From Candidatus Fraserbacteria bacterium (GTDB lineage Bacteria; Bipolaricaulota; Bipolaricaulia; RBG-16-55-9), in assembly GCA_037442925.1 (NCBI GenBank), contig JBBIPG010000012.1, positions 1 through 45,607 of the forward strand: a stretch of 45,607 nucleotides of DNA, read 5' to 3'. Under the pieces are notes generated by a model, which was given only the letters and a program-made list of their open reading frames with translations, was not told the DNA's origin and searched no databases. A program made the position numbers and the translations under genes. Every line of letters starts with the position of its first letter. Positions within the stretch are counted from its first letter, which is position 1. Shown piece by piece: positions 9,043 through 17,272 of the stretch.

Positions 9043-10083
9043 ATGGTTCCTATGAAAGCCATCGTCTTGCCGGAGCATGGAGGCATTGAGAGACTCGTCT
9101 ATCAGCCCGATTATCCGGAACCCCACATGGGCGCTTACGATGTGCGAGTGCGGATTCGTGCTACGACAGTCAACCGCATTGACTTCTTTGTGCGCCAGGG
9201 TTATCCCGGTGTTCAGATTCGTTTCCCTCACATCCCGGGGGCCGATATTGCCGGCGTTGTGGAGGATGTTGGGCCTCACGTGAAAGACTTCCGCAAGGGG
9301 GATCGAGTGCTAGCCTGGCCTCTCGTAGCATGTGGAGCGTGTGAGCTCTGCCGCAAGAGGAAGCGCGGGCTCTGTTTGCAATGGAAATACTTCGGGCTTC
9401 ACGTAGACGGATCTTACGCGGAGTATATTTCTGTTCCAGAAGAGAATCTGATTCGCCTGCCAGATGGAATCTCTTTCGAAGAGGCGGCAACGCTTCCGGT
9501 AGCTGGTCTTACGGCCTATCACGCCCTCGTCACGGTGGGCAGAGTACAAACGGGCGAAACGGTGCTCATCTGGGGAGGTTCCGGGGGGTTAGGCACCTTC
9601 GCTGTCCAGATCGCTGACCTCTTGGGGGCGCGCGTGATCGCCACCGTGGGGAAGGATGAGAAGCGCAAGCGGGTGGAGAGCCTGGGTGCCGATCTTGTGC
9701 TCAACCATCACACCAACGATGTAGTCTCTATGGCGAGCGAGTTCGTGCGCGGGCGTGGAGTGGAGGTCGTCTTGGATTCGGTAGGTGCCCAGACATTCCC
9801 GAAGGGCTTTCAGCTTTTGCAAAAAGGCGGACGGTTGCTGCTCTGTGGCAAGTTGACGGGTCTCGATGTGTCCTTAAGCCTCCATCAGACGTATCTTCGG
9901 CACGTGAGCATTCTCGGACTCTATCTGGGTGAGAAGCACGAGCTAGAAGCGCTGCTGCGCTGGGTGCAAGAGGGCAAAATCCAGCCCGTCATTGGCCGCC
10001 ATCTCGACCTCAGAGATGCACCGCAAGCTCACCACCTGATGGCTTCGGGTGAATACGTCGGCAAGCTCGTCCTCATCCCCTAA
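9043..10083 (+). CDS. zinc-dependent alcohol dehydrogenase / quinone oxidoreductase (MDR superfamily)
   Basis: Structural-zinc Cys cluster CGACELCRKRKRGLC. GxGxxG NAD(P)-binding region (IWGGSGGLG). The start may be 9043 or 9052. Confidence 0.8.
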   Translation: MVPMKAIVLPEHGGIERLVYQPDYPEPHMGAYDVRVRIRATTVNRIDFFVRQGYPGVQIRFPHIPGADIAGVVEDVGPHVKDFRKGDRVLAWPLVACGACELCRKRKRGLCLQWKYFGLHVDGSYAEYISVPEENLIRLPDGISFEEAATLPVAGLTAYHALVTVGRVQTGETVLIWGGSGGLGTFAVQIADLLGARVIATVGKDEKRKRVESLGADLVLNHHTNDVVSMASEFVRGRGVEVVLDSVGAQTFPKGFQLLQKGGRLLLCGKLTGLDVSLSLHQTYLRHVSILGLYLGEKHELEALLRWVQEGKIQPVIGRHLDLRDAPQAHHLMASGEYVGKLVLIP

Positions 10084-10092
10084 GCGCCCAGA

Positions 10093-10194
10093 CTACGGCT
10101 GGCGGTTCTTCCGCTCGAAACCGATCATCGTCCAAAGAGCCAGCCCAACCAGCGCCAAAAAGAGCAGAATAAGCACGATTCTACCGATCATAGT
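10093..10194 (-). CDS. small hydrophobic peptide (about 33 aa, single TM)
   Basis: The ATG at 10194 has a good SD (GAGGAG, 7-nt spacer). Product is MIGRIVLILLFLALVGLALWTMIGFERKNRQP. It lies directly downstream of ridA on the same strand. Confidence 0.35.
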   Translation of the reverse strand, partial: TMIGRIVLILLFLALVGLALWTMIGFERKNRQP

Positions 10195-10216
10195 GATCTC
10201 CTCGCTTCCTTCATCT

Positions 10217-10684
10217 TCATGCACCGCTGACTCGTATGACCATTTCCACTTCCACGGTGGCATTGCGCGGCAAGCTCGATACTCCGACGGCCGCGCGCGC
10301 ATGGCGGCCTTTCTCTCCAAAGAGTTTTACGAGCAGCTCAGAGGCCCCGTTGACGACCTCGGGTTGGTTGCCAAAGTCCGGTGTGCAGTTGACAAAACCT
10401 CGAAGCTGCACGATTTCGTCAATCTTATCGAGCGATCCCACAAGGGATTTTGCGACCGCTAATGCATTGAGGGCGCAAAGCTGGGCCGCTTGGTAGCCCT
10501 CTTGCTGTGTGCGTTCCGCACCCACCTTGCCCACACACACGAGCTGCCCATCCCGCAGCGGCAATTGGCCGGAGATGAAAACAAGATCACCTACGCGCTT
10601 GGCGGGGATATACGCCGCCACAGGTTTGGGGGCCTCCGGAAGCTGTAACCCCAATTCCTGTAGCTTGGCTTCTATCGATGCCAT
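10217..10684 (-). CDS. ridA: RidA/YjgF family reactive-intermediate deaminase
   Basis: 155 aa with a typical Rid-family core (GDLVFISGQLPL...NCTPDFGNQPEVV...RAAVGVSSLP). Confidence 0.75.
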   Translation of the reverse strand: MASIEAKLQELGLQLPEAPKPVAAYIPAKRVGDLVFISGQLPLRDGQLVCVGKVGAERTQQEGYQAAQLCALNALAVAKSLVGSLDKIDEIVQLRGFVNCTPDFGNQPEVVNGASELLVKLFGEKGRHARAAVGVSSLPRNATVEVEMVIRVSGA

Positions 10685-10696
10685 GTTAGGCCTCCT

Positions 10697-11731
10697 TCAG
10701 TGGGACGATGACGAAAACACAGCGCCAATTGCCGTGATCGCTTGGGTAATGTCCTCAGAGCTGACGTCTAAGTGTGTCACCATGCGCACTCTTGTCTCAC
10801 TGATGGGTAGAGCCAAGACACCCTGGCTCTGTAACTCGCGGGTGAATCGGGATGCGGGCATATTCGTCAGCTCACAGATGACAATGTTTGTCTCAGGTGG
10901 AGTCACACGTACTCCCTTGAGCTCAGCAAGAGCCTGAGCGAGTCTCTTGGCATTCGCATGATCCTCGATCAGCCGTTCGACGTGGTGTTGCAAAGCATAG
11001 AGACACGCGGCGGCCAGAACACCCACTTGGCGCATTCCACCGCCCATTCGTTTTCTCACAATGCGCGCTTCTTCGATGAACTCTCGACTGCCTACGAGCA
11101 TCGAGCCTATTGGTGCACCGAGGCCTTTGGAGAAACAGAACATCACCGAATCAAAACGGCTTGTCAACTCTTGTACGCTTTGCTTGTGCGCAGCGGCTGC
11201 GTTGAAGACCCGCGCACCATCCAAGTGCACGGGGATCTTCTGTTCCTGGGCGTATTCGATGACTCGTAGGGCTTCATCTTGCGGATAGATCGAGCCGCCC
11301 TTCATGTTGTGCGTGTTTTCCAAGACGATCAAGCCAGTGCGGGCATTATAATACGCACGAGGTCGAATGGCCCGCTTGACTTGCTCTACGCTGAGCCAGC
11401 CTTGTTCCGAGGGGATCGTGCGAGGCAAAACGCCCGCAAATGTCGCCATGGCGGAGAGTTCATAGTTGACGATGTGGGAGTCAGCCTCAGCGATCACTTC
11501 ATCTCCCGGACGAGTATGGACGCTGATGGCGATTTCGTTTCCCATGCTTCCGGAAGGGACGAAAAGACCCGCTTCATGCCCCGTGAGTTCGGCGCATAGC
11601 TCTTGCAGATGGTTGACCGTCGGGTCTTCACCAAACACGTCATCGCCCACTTCCGCATCGGCTATGGCTTTACGCATGCCGGGTGTGGGACGAGTGACGG
11701 TATCGCTTCTTAGGTCAATCACTTTTCTCAT
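10697..11731 (-). CDS. ltaE: low-specificity L-threonine aldolase (PLP-dependent)
   Basis: N-terminus [17 protein letters not shown] is canonical for threonine aldolase. The longer ORF to 11833 adds an atypical 34-aa extension. A divergent gene starts at 11832. Confidence 0.75.
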   Translation of the reverse strand: MRKVIDLRSDTVTRPTPGMRKAIADAEVGDDVFGEDPTVNHLQELCAELTGHEAGLFVPSGSMGNEIAISVHTRPGDEVIAEADSHIVNYELSAMATFAGVLPRTIPSEQGWLSVEQVKRAIRPRAYYNARTGLIVLENTHNMKGGSIYPQDEALRVIEYAQEQKIPVHLDGARVFNAAAAHKQSVQELTSRFDSVMFCFSKGLGAPIGSMLVGSREFIEEARIVRKRMGGGMRQVGVLAAACLYALQHHVERLIEDHANAKRLAQALAELKGVRVTPPETNIVICELTNMPASRFTRELQSQGVLALPISETRVRMVTHLDVSSEDITQAITAIGAVFSSSSH

Positions 11732-11831
11732 GGCGAGCGCATCAAGATAGCTCAACAACGGGTGAGATTGCAAGTCATGTTTCTGCTTCTCTACAATGCA
11801 AATGATGCGAAGCATCTCTGGATGTGATGCC

Positions 11832-12695
11832 ATGAATGACAGTGATCGGTTGCTGCGAGAGATCAGGGAAGATCACCGCTCTGGAGCGGTCACGCTCACT
11901 CTTAAAGCAAGCGAAGCCCTTCGGTCGCTTCTCCAAGAGCTGCAAGCCCAGCCGAAAGAGCATAGACACCCTCGTCTGCAAGGATTCGCTCAGCAACTCA
12001 TAGAAGCGCAGCCAGAGATGGGTTCGATTAGAAATCTTGCGAGAAAAGTGCTTGATACAATTCAAAACATGCCTTCGGAAAGCGTTTTGCAAGCCATCGA
12101 AGATTTCGTTCACGAATTGGAGAAGAGCAGTGAGAAGATCGCGCAGCATGCCGTGAAGCTCATTCCAGCTAATTCGCCAGTGATGACGATATCCCACAGT
12201 TTGACGGTTTTCCAGACCATGAAAACGGCAAGACGAGAAGGGAAGGCGTTTTCTGTCGTCTGCCCTGAATCGCGTCCTCTCTGTGAGGGAGTGGATCTGG
12301 CTCAGAGATTGCACGAACTCGGTGTGCCTGTGACAATCTGTGCCGATGGCTTAGCTCCCTCTTTCGTATCCCAGTGTGATGCGGTCCTGGTCGGTGGCGA
12401 TGCCCTTGCACCGGAAGGCTTGGTCAATAAGATTGGGACGTATCCACTGGCATTGGCGGCGCGCGAGGCAAAAGTTCCATTCGTAGCGTTGATCGGCACT
12501 CAGAAATTCCTCTGCCACTTTGATTCAGGGTGGATTCGCGAGCATGACCCACGAGAGTTGGTGCCCAACGCGAAGGGGAATACTCCTGTCTGCAATCGTT
12601 ACTTTGATCTGACTCCTCTTGCGCTCCTTACGAAAGTAGTCACAGAGAAGGGCATTCATTCAATGGAAGAGATAAAGGAGATGCTCGTGTCGTGA
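11832..12695 (+). CDS. eIF-2B alpha/beta/delta-like family protein (ribose-1,5-bisphosphate isomerase / MtnA-like fold)
   Basis: The C-terminal half ([42 protein letters not shown]) matches the IF-2B family. Its stop overlaps the next gene's GTG start in a GTGA overlap. Confidence 0.65.
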   Translation: MNDSDRLLREIREDHRSGAVTLTLKASEALRSLLQELQAQPKEHRHPRLQGFAQQLIEAQPEMGSIRNLARKVLDTIQNMPSESVLQAIEDFVHELEKSSEKIAQHAVKLIPANSPVMTISHSLTVFQTMKTARREGKAFSVVCPESRPLCEGVDLAQRLHELGVPVTICADGLAPSFVSQCDAVLVGGDALAPEGLVNKIGTYPLALAAREAKVPFVALIGTQKFLCHFDSGWIREHDPRELVPNAKGNTPVCNRYFDLTPLALLTKVVTEKGIHSMEEIKEMLVS

Positions 12696-13543
12696 GTGCC
12701 ACAGCAAGGATCATTGCCATTGGTAACGAACTACTCTTTGGCATCGTGCAAGACACGAACACGCATTGGCTTTGTGCGCAGATCACCGGCTTGGGGGGTC
12801 GAGTGAAGCGCTGTGCCATTGTGCCGGATGATTGCCAGGCCATTTGCGAAGAGATCAAGCAGGCGCTCACTTCTTCGACGGATCTCATCATAACGACTGG
12901 TGGTCTTGGTCCTACTGCCGATGACATGACATTGGAAGCCTTGGCTCAGGCGTTGGGGGTACCTGTTGTAGAGAATCCAGAAGCTGTGGAGATGGTCGCA
13001 AGCCGGTATCGTGAGTTGGCAGATGCGAAGCGAGTGGATAGCTTTGAGCTTACAGAGAGTCGTCGCAAGATGGCGTATTTGCCTGAGGGAGCTGTGCCGC
13101 TGGCAAATCATGTGGGTACAGCTCCTGGCGTACTCATAAAGCATGACAAGACCTTGATTGTGGCATTGCCCGGCGTGCCTTCTGAGATGAAAGACATCTT
13201 CCAGAACGCGCTTCAGCCGCATTTGAAAGAGATCTTTGGTAAGGCGTATTACGCGGAGAAGACGTTGATCGTCGATCTGAATGACGAGTCGCGCATTGCG
13301 CCGCTCTTGCGGGAGCTACAGAACGCTTGGCCTGAGGTGTATATCAAGTCACGTCCCAAGGGCTTTGATGAGGGCATGAAGATCTTGATTACACTAGCCA
13401 TGAGCGGCGAGCAAGCTGTGGTGGAAACGACTTTGAAACGGCTTCTCAAAGAACTCCAAGGGCGTCTAGGGCGCGAAGGTCTCGCTGGTGCCTTTCCACT
13501 TTCGCAAGAGAAAGAATCTGTCAGCGGATCAGAAACGGATTAA
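12692..13543 (+). CDS. cinA: CinA-like MoCF-biosynthesis-domain protein (N-terminal CinA domain only)
   Basis: IIAIGNELLFG...ITTGGLGPTADD motif of the MoaB/MogA/CinA fold. GTG start translationally coupled to the upstream gene. No C-terminal PncC deamidase domain is apparent. Confidence 0.7.
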   Translation: MSATARIIAIGNELLFGIVQDTNTHWLCAQITGLGGRVKRCAIVPDDCQAICEEIKQALTSSTDLIITTGGLGPTADDMTLEALAQALGVPVVENPEAVEMVASRYRELADAKRVDSFELTESRRKMAYLPEGAVPLANHVGTAPGVLIKHDKTLIVALPGVPSEMKDIFQNALQPHLKEIFGKAYYAEKTLIVDLNDESRIAPLLRELQNAWPEVYIKSRPKGFDEGMKILITLAMSGEQAVVETTLKRLLKELQGRLGREGLAGAFPLSQEKESVSGSETD

Positions 13544-13812
13544 CGGATCACGCAGCCTGCGGGCATCGGCTAATCCGCTCTGCTCATCCGCTGACAGACT
13601 TGACTTCTCCGCCCAGTTGGCCCTACCATTTCTCACTAAAACTGTGAGGAGGTGGTGGAACATGAGACGCCTCGCTCTTTCAGTCTGGTCGCTTGCCCCT
13701 TGGGGTTTATTATACCGCCCTCCCCGCTGGGCGAGCCTCAGCGGCTCTCCCCAACATAAAGACAGCTTGACTTGTGCCTTCCCACGTGCGATCATCTTCT
13801 TTCGGGGTTGGC

Positions 13813-14931
13813 ATGTCTTTCTTGCTATTGATCTTGAGAAATCTCTGGCGCCAGAAGATTCGCAATCTGCTCACCTTGCTGGGCGTGAGCATCGGAGTTG
13901 CGACCATTTTGGCCCTCGGCTTAGTCATGAATGGTTTCGAGCAGAGCCTCGGAGCCACGATTCGTTCGGGCAAGGCGGATTTTACCATTGCCAATGCCCA
14001 GGCCCCTGCCATTCTCTTCAGCTCCATCGATGAGAGCAGGTGGGCTGAGATCGCATCATTGGACGGTGTGGAGCAAGCCGCAGGCGCCCTCTTCTCCCTG
14101 ACGCGATTCCAAACCAACCCGTACTTTCTCTTGATCGGCATTCGTCAGGAAGATTTAGATTTCGCGGGCGTCCGATTCACCGAGGGCCACCCCTTTCGCG
14201 CGGATGCCGAAGACGAGATCATCCTGGGCAAGACAGCGGCATCCAGCGCCCATGCCCATCTGGGTGATAGTGTCTCCATCAGCGGCCGCTCGTTCAGAGT
14301 CGTCGGCATCTTCGATACAGGCAACGTGTGGGAAGATGGAGGTGCACTGCTGCCCTTGAGTGTGTTACAGACTTGGCAGCGTCGCCAGGGAGAGATCTCG
14401 ATGATCCTAGTGAAGGTCAAAGCTGAAGCATCTGTAGATGCTGTGGCTCAACGCATCGAGGAGCGTTACGTCGACGAGCTGGTGACCATGCGCTCCGTTG
14501 CCGAATCTCAGAAAGTGGTGAAAAGCCTCGGCATTATGCGAGCGGTGAGCTGGGCTGTCTCGATATTGGCCTTGGGAATTGGCGGAATCGGCGTCATGAA
14601 CACGATGATCATGGCGGTCTACGAGCGCACGCGGGAGATCGGCATCTTGCGGGCCGTGGGCTGGAGACGCCGACGCGTCTTGACTCTGATTCTAGGAGAG
14701 TCCATCATCATCGCTCTGCTAGCCGCTGGGGTCGGGTTCTTCACTGGCGTCTTAGCTGTGAACGGGCTATTGCTACTTCCCTGGATCAAGGGCTTGATCG
14801 CTCCGGCATATTCGAGTTCGCTCTTCTTGCAGTCGCTGGGAATCGCTCTGGGTGTGGGGGTTATCGGCGGACTCTATCCAGCATATCGTGCGTCGCGCAT
14901 CACTCCTACGGCAGCCCTTCGCTATGAATGA
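13813..14931 (+). CDS. ABC transporter permease, FtsX/MacB-type with periplasmic domain
   Basis: N-terminus LRNLWRQKIRNLLTLLGVSIGVATI and a C-terminal four-TM FtsX region ending ...YPAYRASRI. A possible -35/-10 (TTGACT-17-GATCAT) lies about 60 nt upstream. Confidence 0.8.
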   Translation: MSFLLLILRNLWRQKIRNLLTLLGVSIGVATILALGLVMNGFEQSLGATIRSGKADFTIANAQAPAILFSSIDESRWAEIASLDGVEQAAGALFSLTRFQTNPYFLLIGIRQEDLDFAGVRFTEGHPFRADAEDEIILGKTAASSAHAHLGDSVSISGRSFRVVGIFDTGNVWEDGGALLPLSVLQTWQRRQGEISMILVKVKAEASVDAVAQRIEERYVDELVTMRSVAESQKVVKSLGIMRAVSWAVSILALGIGGIGVMNTMIMAVYERTREIGILRAVGWRRRRVLTLILGESIIIALLAAGVGFFTGVLAVNGLLLLPWIKGLIAPAYSSSLFLQSLGIALGVGVIGGLYPAYRASRITPTAALRYE

Positions 14932-15589
14932 CCCCATTATTGTGATTCGCGATCTCAGCAAGACGTATGAGAAGGGCAGGACAACGGCTCTTCGCGGCGT
15001 CAACTTGGAGGTGACCCGAGGCGAGTTTCTGGCCATCCAGGGCCCGTCGGGCAGTGGCAAGTCGACCTTGCTCAACATGATCGGAGCGTTGGATCAGCCG
15101 GATTGCGGCTATTTGAACGTCGCTGGCGAAGATCTCTCCAGAGGAGGGGATCTCTCTCGTTTTCGCGCGCAAGTGGTTGGTTTCGTCTTCCAGCTCCATA
15201 ACTTGATCCCCGCCCTTACAGCTCTAGAAAATGTCTTGATGCCCATGTTTGAGTCACAGATGCCCAAGCGAGCTGCGCGCGCGCGGGCGATGAGCCTGCT
15301 CGAACAAGTGGGCTTGAATGGCAAAACTCATCGCTTGCCTACGGAGCTATCCGGTGGAGAGAGGCAGCGAGTGGCCGTGGCCCGCGCGCTCGCAAACGAC
15401 CCGCAGATCATCCTGGCCGATGAACCCACAGGCAATCTCGATTCCCAAAGCTCCGAGCAGATTCTCCAGCTTCTGACGCACATCCATCGGGAGCGCGCAG
15501 TGACGTTGATCCTCGTCACCCACGATGAGGTCATTGCCCAAAGGGCCGATCGGGTGATTCAGATTCGCGATGGGGTGATCGTTTCATGA
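14924..15589 (+). CDS. ABC transporter ATP-binding protein (MacB/LolD-like)
   Basis: Walker A (GPSGSGKST), ABC signature (LSGGERQRVAVARAL) and Walker B (ILADEPTGNLD). Its start overlaps the permease stop (ATGAATGA). Confidence 0.9.
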   Translation: MNDPIIVIRDLSKTYEKGRTTALRGVNLEVTRGEFLAIQGPSGSGKSTLLNMIGALDQPDCGYLNVAGEDLSRGGDLSRFRAQVVGFVFQLHNLIPALTALENVLMPMFESQMPKRAARARAMSLLEQVGLNGKTHRLPTELSGGERQRVAVARALANDPQIILADEPTGNLDSQSSEQILQLLTHIHRERAVTLILVTHDEVIAQRADRVIQIRDGVIVS

Positions 15590-16773
15590 GGACGTTTCAC
15601 AGCTGTTGGCGCGGTATAGCTTTCAGCATGGCATTGGGCATCGTCACCTTCGTATTGAGCTCGTGTAGCATCGTGCGGGCGCAAGCCCCGATGGTCTCTC
15701 TGCAAGAGATCATCACGGGGTTAGCTTTGCCGGTGGCCATCACCCATGCGGGGGATGGCTCAGGACGACTCTTCATCACCCTGCAAGGTGGACAGATTCT
15801 CATCTATGACGGTCGCCGACTTCTGCCAACGCCTTTCTTAGACATCCGTTCGCTTGTTGCTTGTTGCGGCGAGCAGGGACTGCTGAGTGTGGCGTTTCAT
15901 CCCAACTATGAGCAGAACGGCTATTTCTACATCAATTACACCCAGAGACCCGATGGAGACACAGTGATTGCCCGCTATCACGTCTCCAGCGGTACGGACG
16001 TTGCCGATCCAGATTCGGCCGTGATTCTGCTCGTGATCCCTCAGCCCTTCAGCAACCACAACGGTGGCCAGCTGCAGTTCGGCCCCGATGGCTATCTCTA
16101 CATCGGCATGGGAGATGGCGGCTCCGGAGGTGATCCACAAAACAACGCCCAGAATGGTCAGACTCTCCTGGGCAAGATGCTCCGTATTGACGTGAACAAT
16201 GCGGACACGAGCGATGGCTTGATGTATGACATTCCCGCGAATAACCCGTTCATCAACGATCCCAAGGTGCGAGATGAGATCTGGGCGCTGGGGTTACGCA
16301 ACCCGTGGCGGTTTAGCTTCGACCGTGTCACGGGAGATCTTTTCATTGGGGATGTTGGTCAAAATAGCTGGGAAGAGGTGGATTTCCAGCCAGCGAGTAG
16401 CGCAGGCGGTGAAAACTATGGTTGGCGGCTCATGGAGGGCATGCATTGTTTCAATCCCTCCACAAACTGCAATAATGGAAGACTGACTCTGCCCATCCTC
16501 GAATACGATCATTCGCTGGGCTGCTCCATTACGGGAGGCTACCGGTATCGGGGTGCACAGATTCCCCGGCTCTATGGGATCTATCTCTATGGCGACTACT
16601 GTTCCGGTCGGATCTGGGGTGCCACCGAGAGCAACGGGCGGTGGACAACCCGAGAGTTTCTGAACACAGAGCTTTCCATCAGCACCTTTGGCGAAGATGA
16701 ATCTGGTGAACTCTACGTTGCCCACCACGATGGCGCCAACGGGGCGATCTATCGCATCATCGCAAAGCCTTAG
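15586..16773 (+). CDS. PQQ-dependent soluble sugar (glucose/sorbosone) dehydrogenase family lipoprotein
   Basis: GSDH-family core (HNGGQLQFGPDGYLYIGMGDGG...GLRNPWRFSFD). N-terminal signal with a lipobox (VLSSC). ATGA overlap with the ABC ATPase stop. Confidence 0.8.
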   Translation: MRTFHSCWRGIAFSMALGIVTFVLSSCSIVRAQAPMVSLQEIITGLALPVAITHAGDGSGRLFITLQGGQILIYDGRRLLPTPFLDIRSLVACCGEQGLLSVAFHPNYEQNGYFYINYTQRPDGDTVIARYHVSSGTDVADPDSAVILLVIPQPFSNHNGGQLQFGPDGYLYIGMGDGGSGGDPQNNAQNGQTLLGKMLRIDVNNADTSDGLMYDIPANNPFINDPKVRDEIWALGLRNPWRFSFDRVTGDLFIGDVGQNSWEEVDFQPASSAGGENYGWRLMEGMHCFNPSTNCNNGRLTLPILEYDHSLGCSITGGYRYRGAQIPRLYGIYLYGDYCSGRIWGATESNGRWTTREFLNTELSISTFGEDESGELYVAHHDGANGAIYRIIAKP

Positions 16774-17261
16774 GCTTCCTTCGTGAAATAGATGAAGCCA
16801 TCGCTGCCCTTGGCGGCATAGTACGCTTCGATGGCAATAGGAGCCAGAAGATTTCTGAGGATCCCCGTGACCTCCCTCAGGTCGTCCTTCTGTCGTTCTT
16901 TGAGGGACTTGTCGAGTCCGCCATACTTCTGCAAGAAGGCGGGTAGCAGGCGTTCCTCGTTGTACCACGCGCAATCTTCGTGGGAGATCACGATGACTCG
17001 CTTGAGCCGATGGCGTTCGATCAAGAACTTGAGCCACTTCTGCCCCACCCAGGCGAACTTCGGCAGATACTCCGTGAGCAGTAAGAACTGCGGCCCGCCC
17101 GGCACGGCGAGCCAGTCGTAGGTGCCCTCAGGTAGACCGAGGTGCTTCTCTAAAAACTCGCGCACATAGGGGACGAAGACATTGCTCGTGCATGTGATCA
17201 CGAGCACGGAGCTCTGCTGCTCGGTGAACGGCTGTTGGGATTTATAGACGGACTCTGGCAT
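16770..17261 (-). CDS. hypothetical protein, third gene of the nfeD-flotillin operon
   Basis: 163-aa ORF starting 11 nt after the flotillin stop, with SD GAAAGGAA. No family recognised. It has Cys/His-containing segments (VLVITCTSN...VIVISHEDCAWY). Confidence 0.55.
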   Translation of the reverse strand: MPESVYKSQQPFTEQQSSVLVITCTSNVFVPYVREFLEKHLGLPEGTYDWLAVPGGPQFLLLTEYLPKFAWVGQKWLKFLIERHRLKRVIVISHEDCAWYNEERLLPAFLQKYGGLDKSLKERQKDDLREVTGILRNLLAPIAIEAYYAAKGSDGFIYFTKEA

Positions 17262-17272
17262 CCCAGTTCCTT

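Noticed and set aside
13488-14033. A 181-aa ORF whose internal ATG at 13660 has a very strong SD (GAGGAGGTGG) and a signal-peptide-like start (MRRLALSVWSLAPWGLL)
   Set aside because: It runs out of frame through the well-supported FtsX/MacB permease gene, whose own N-terminus at 13813 is canonical. At most a short leader peptide could be real. It is not reported as a gene.
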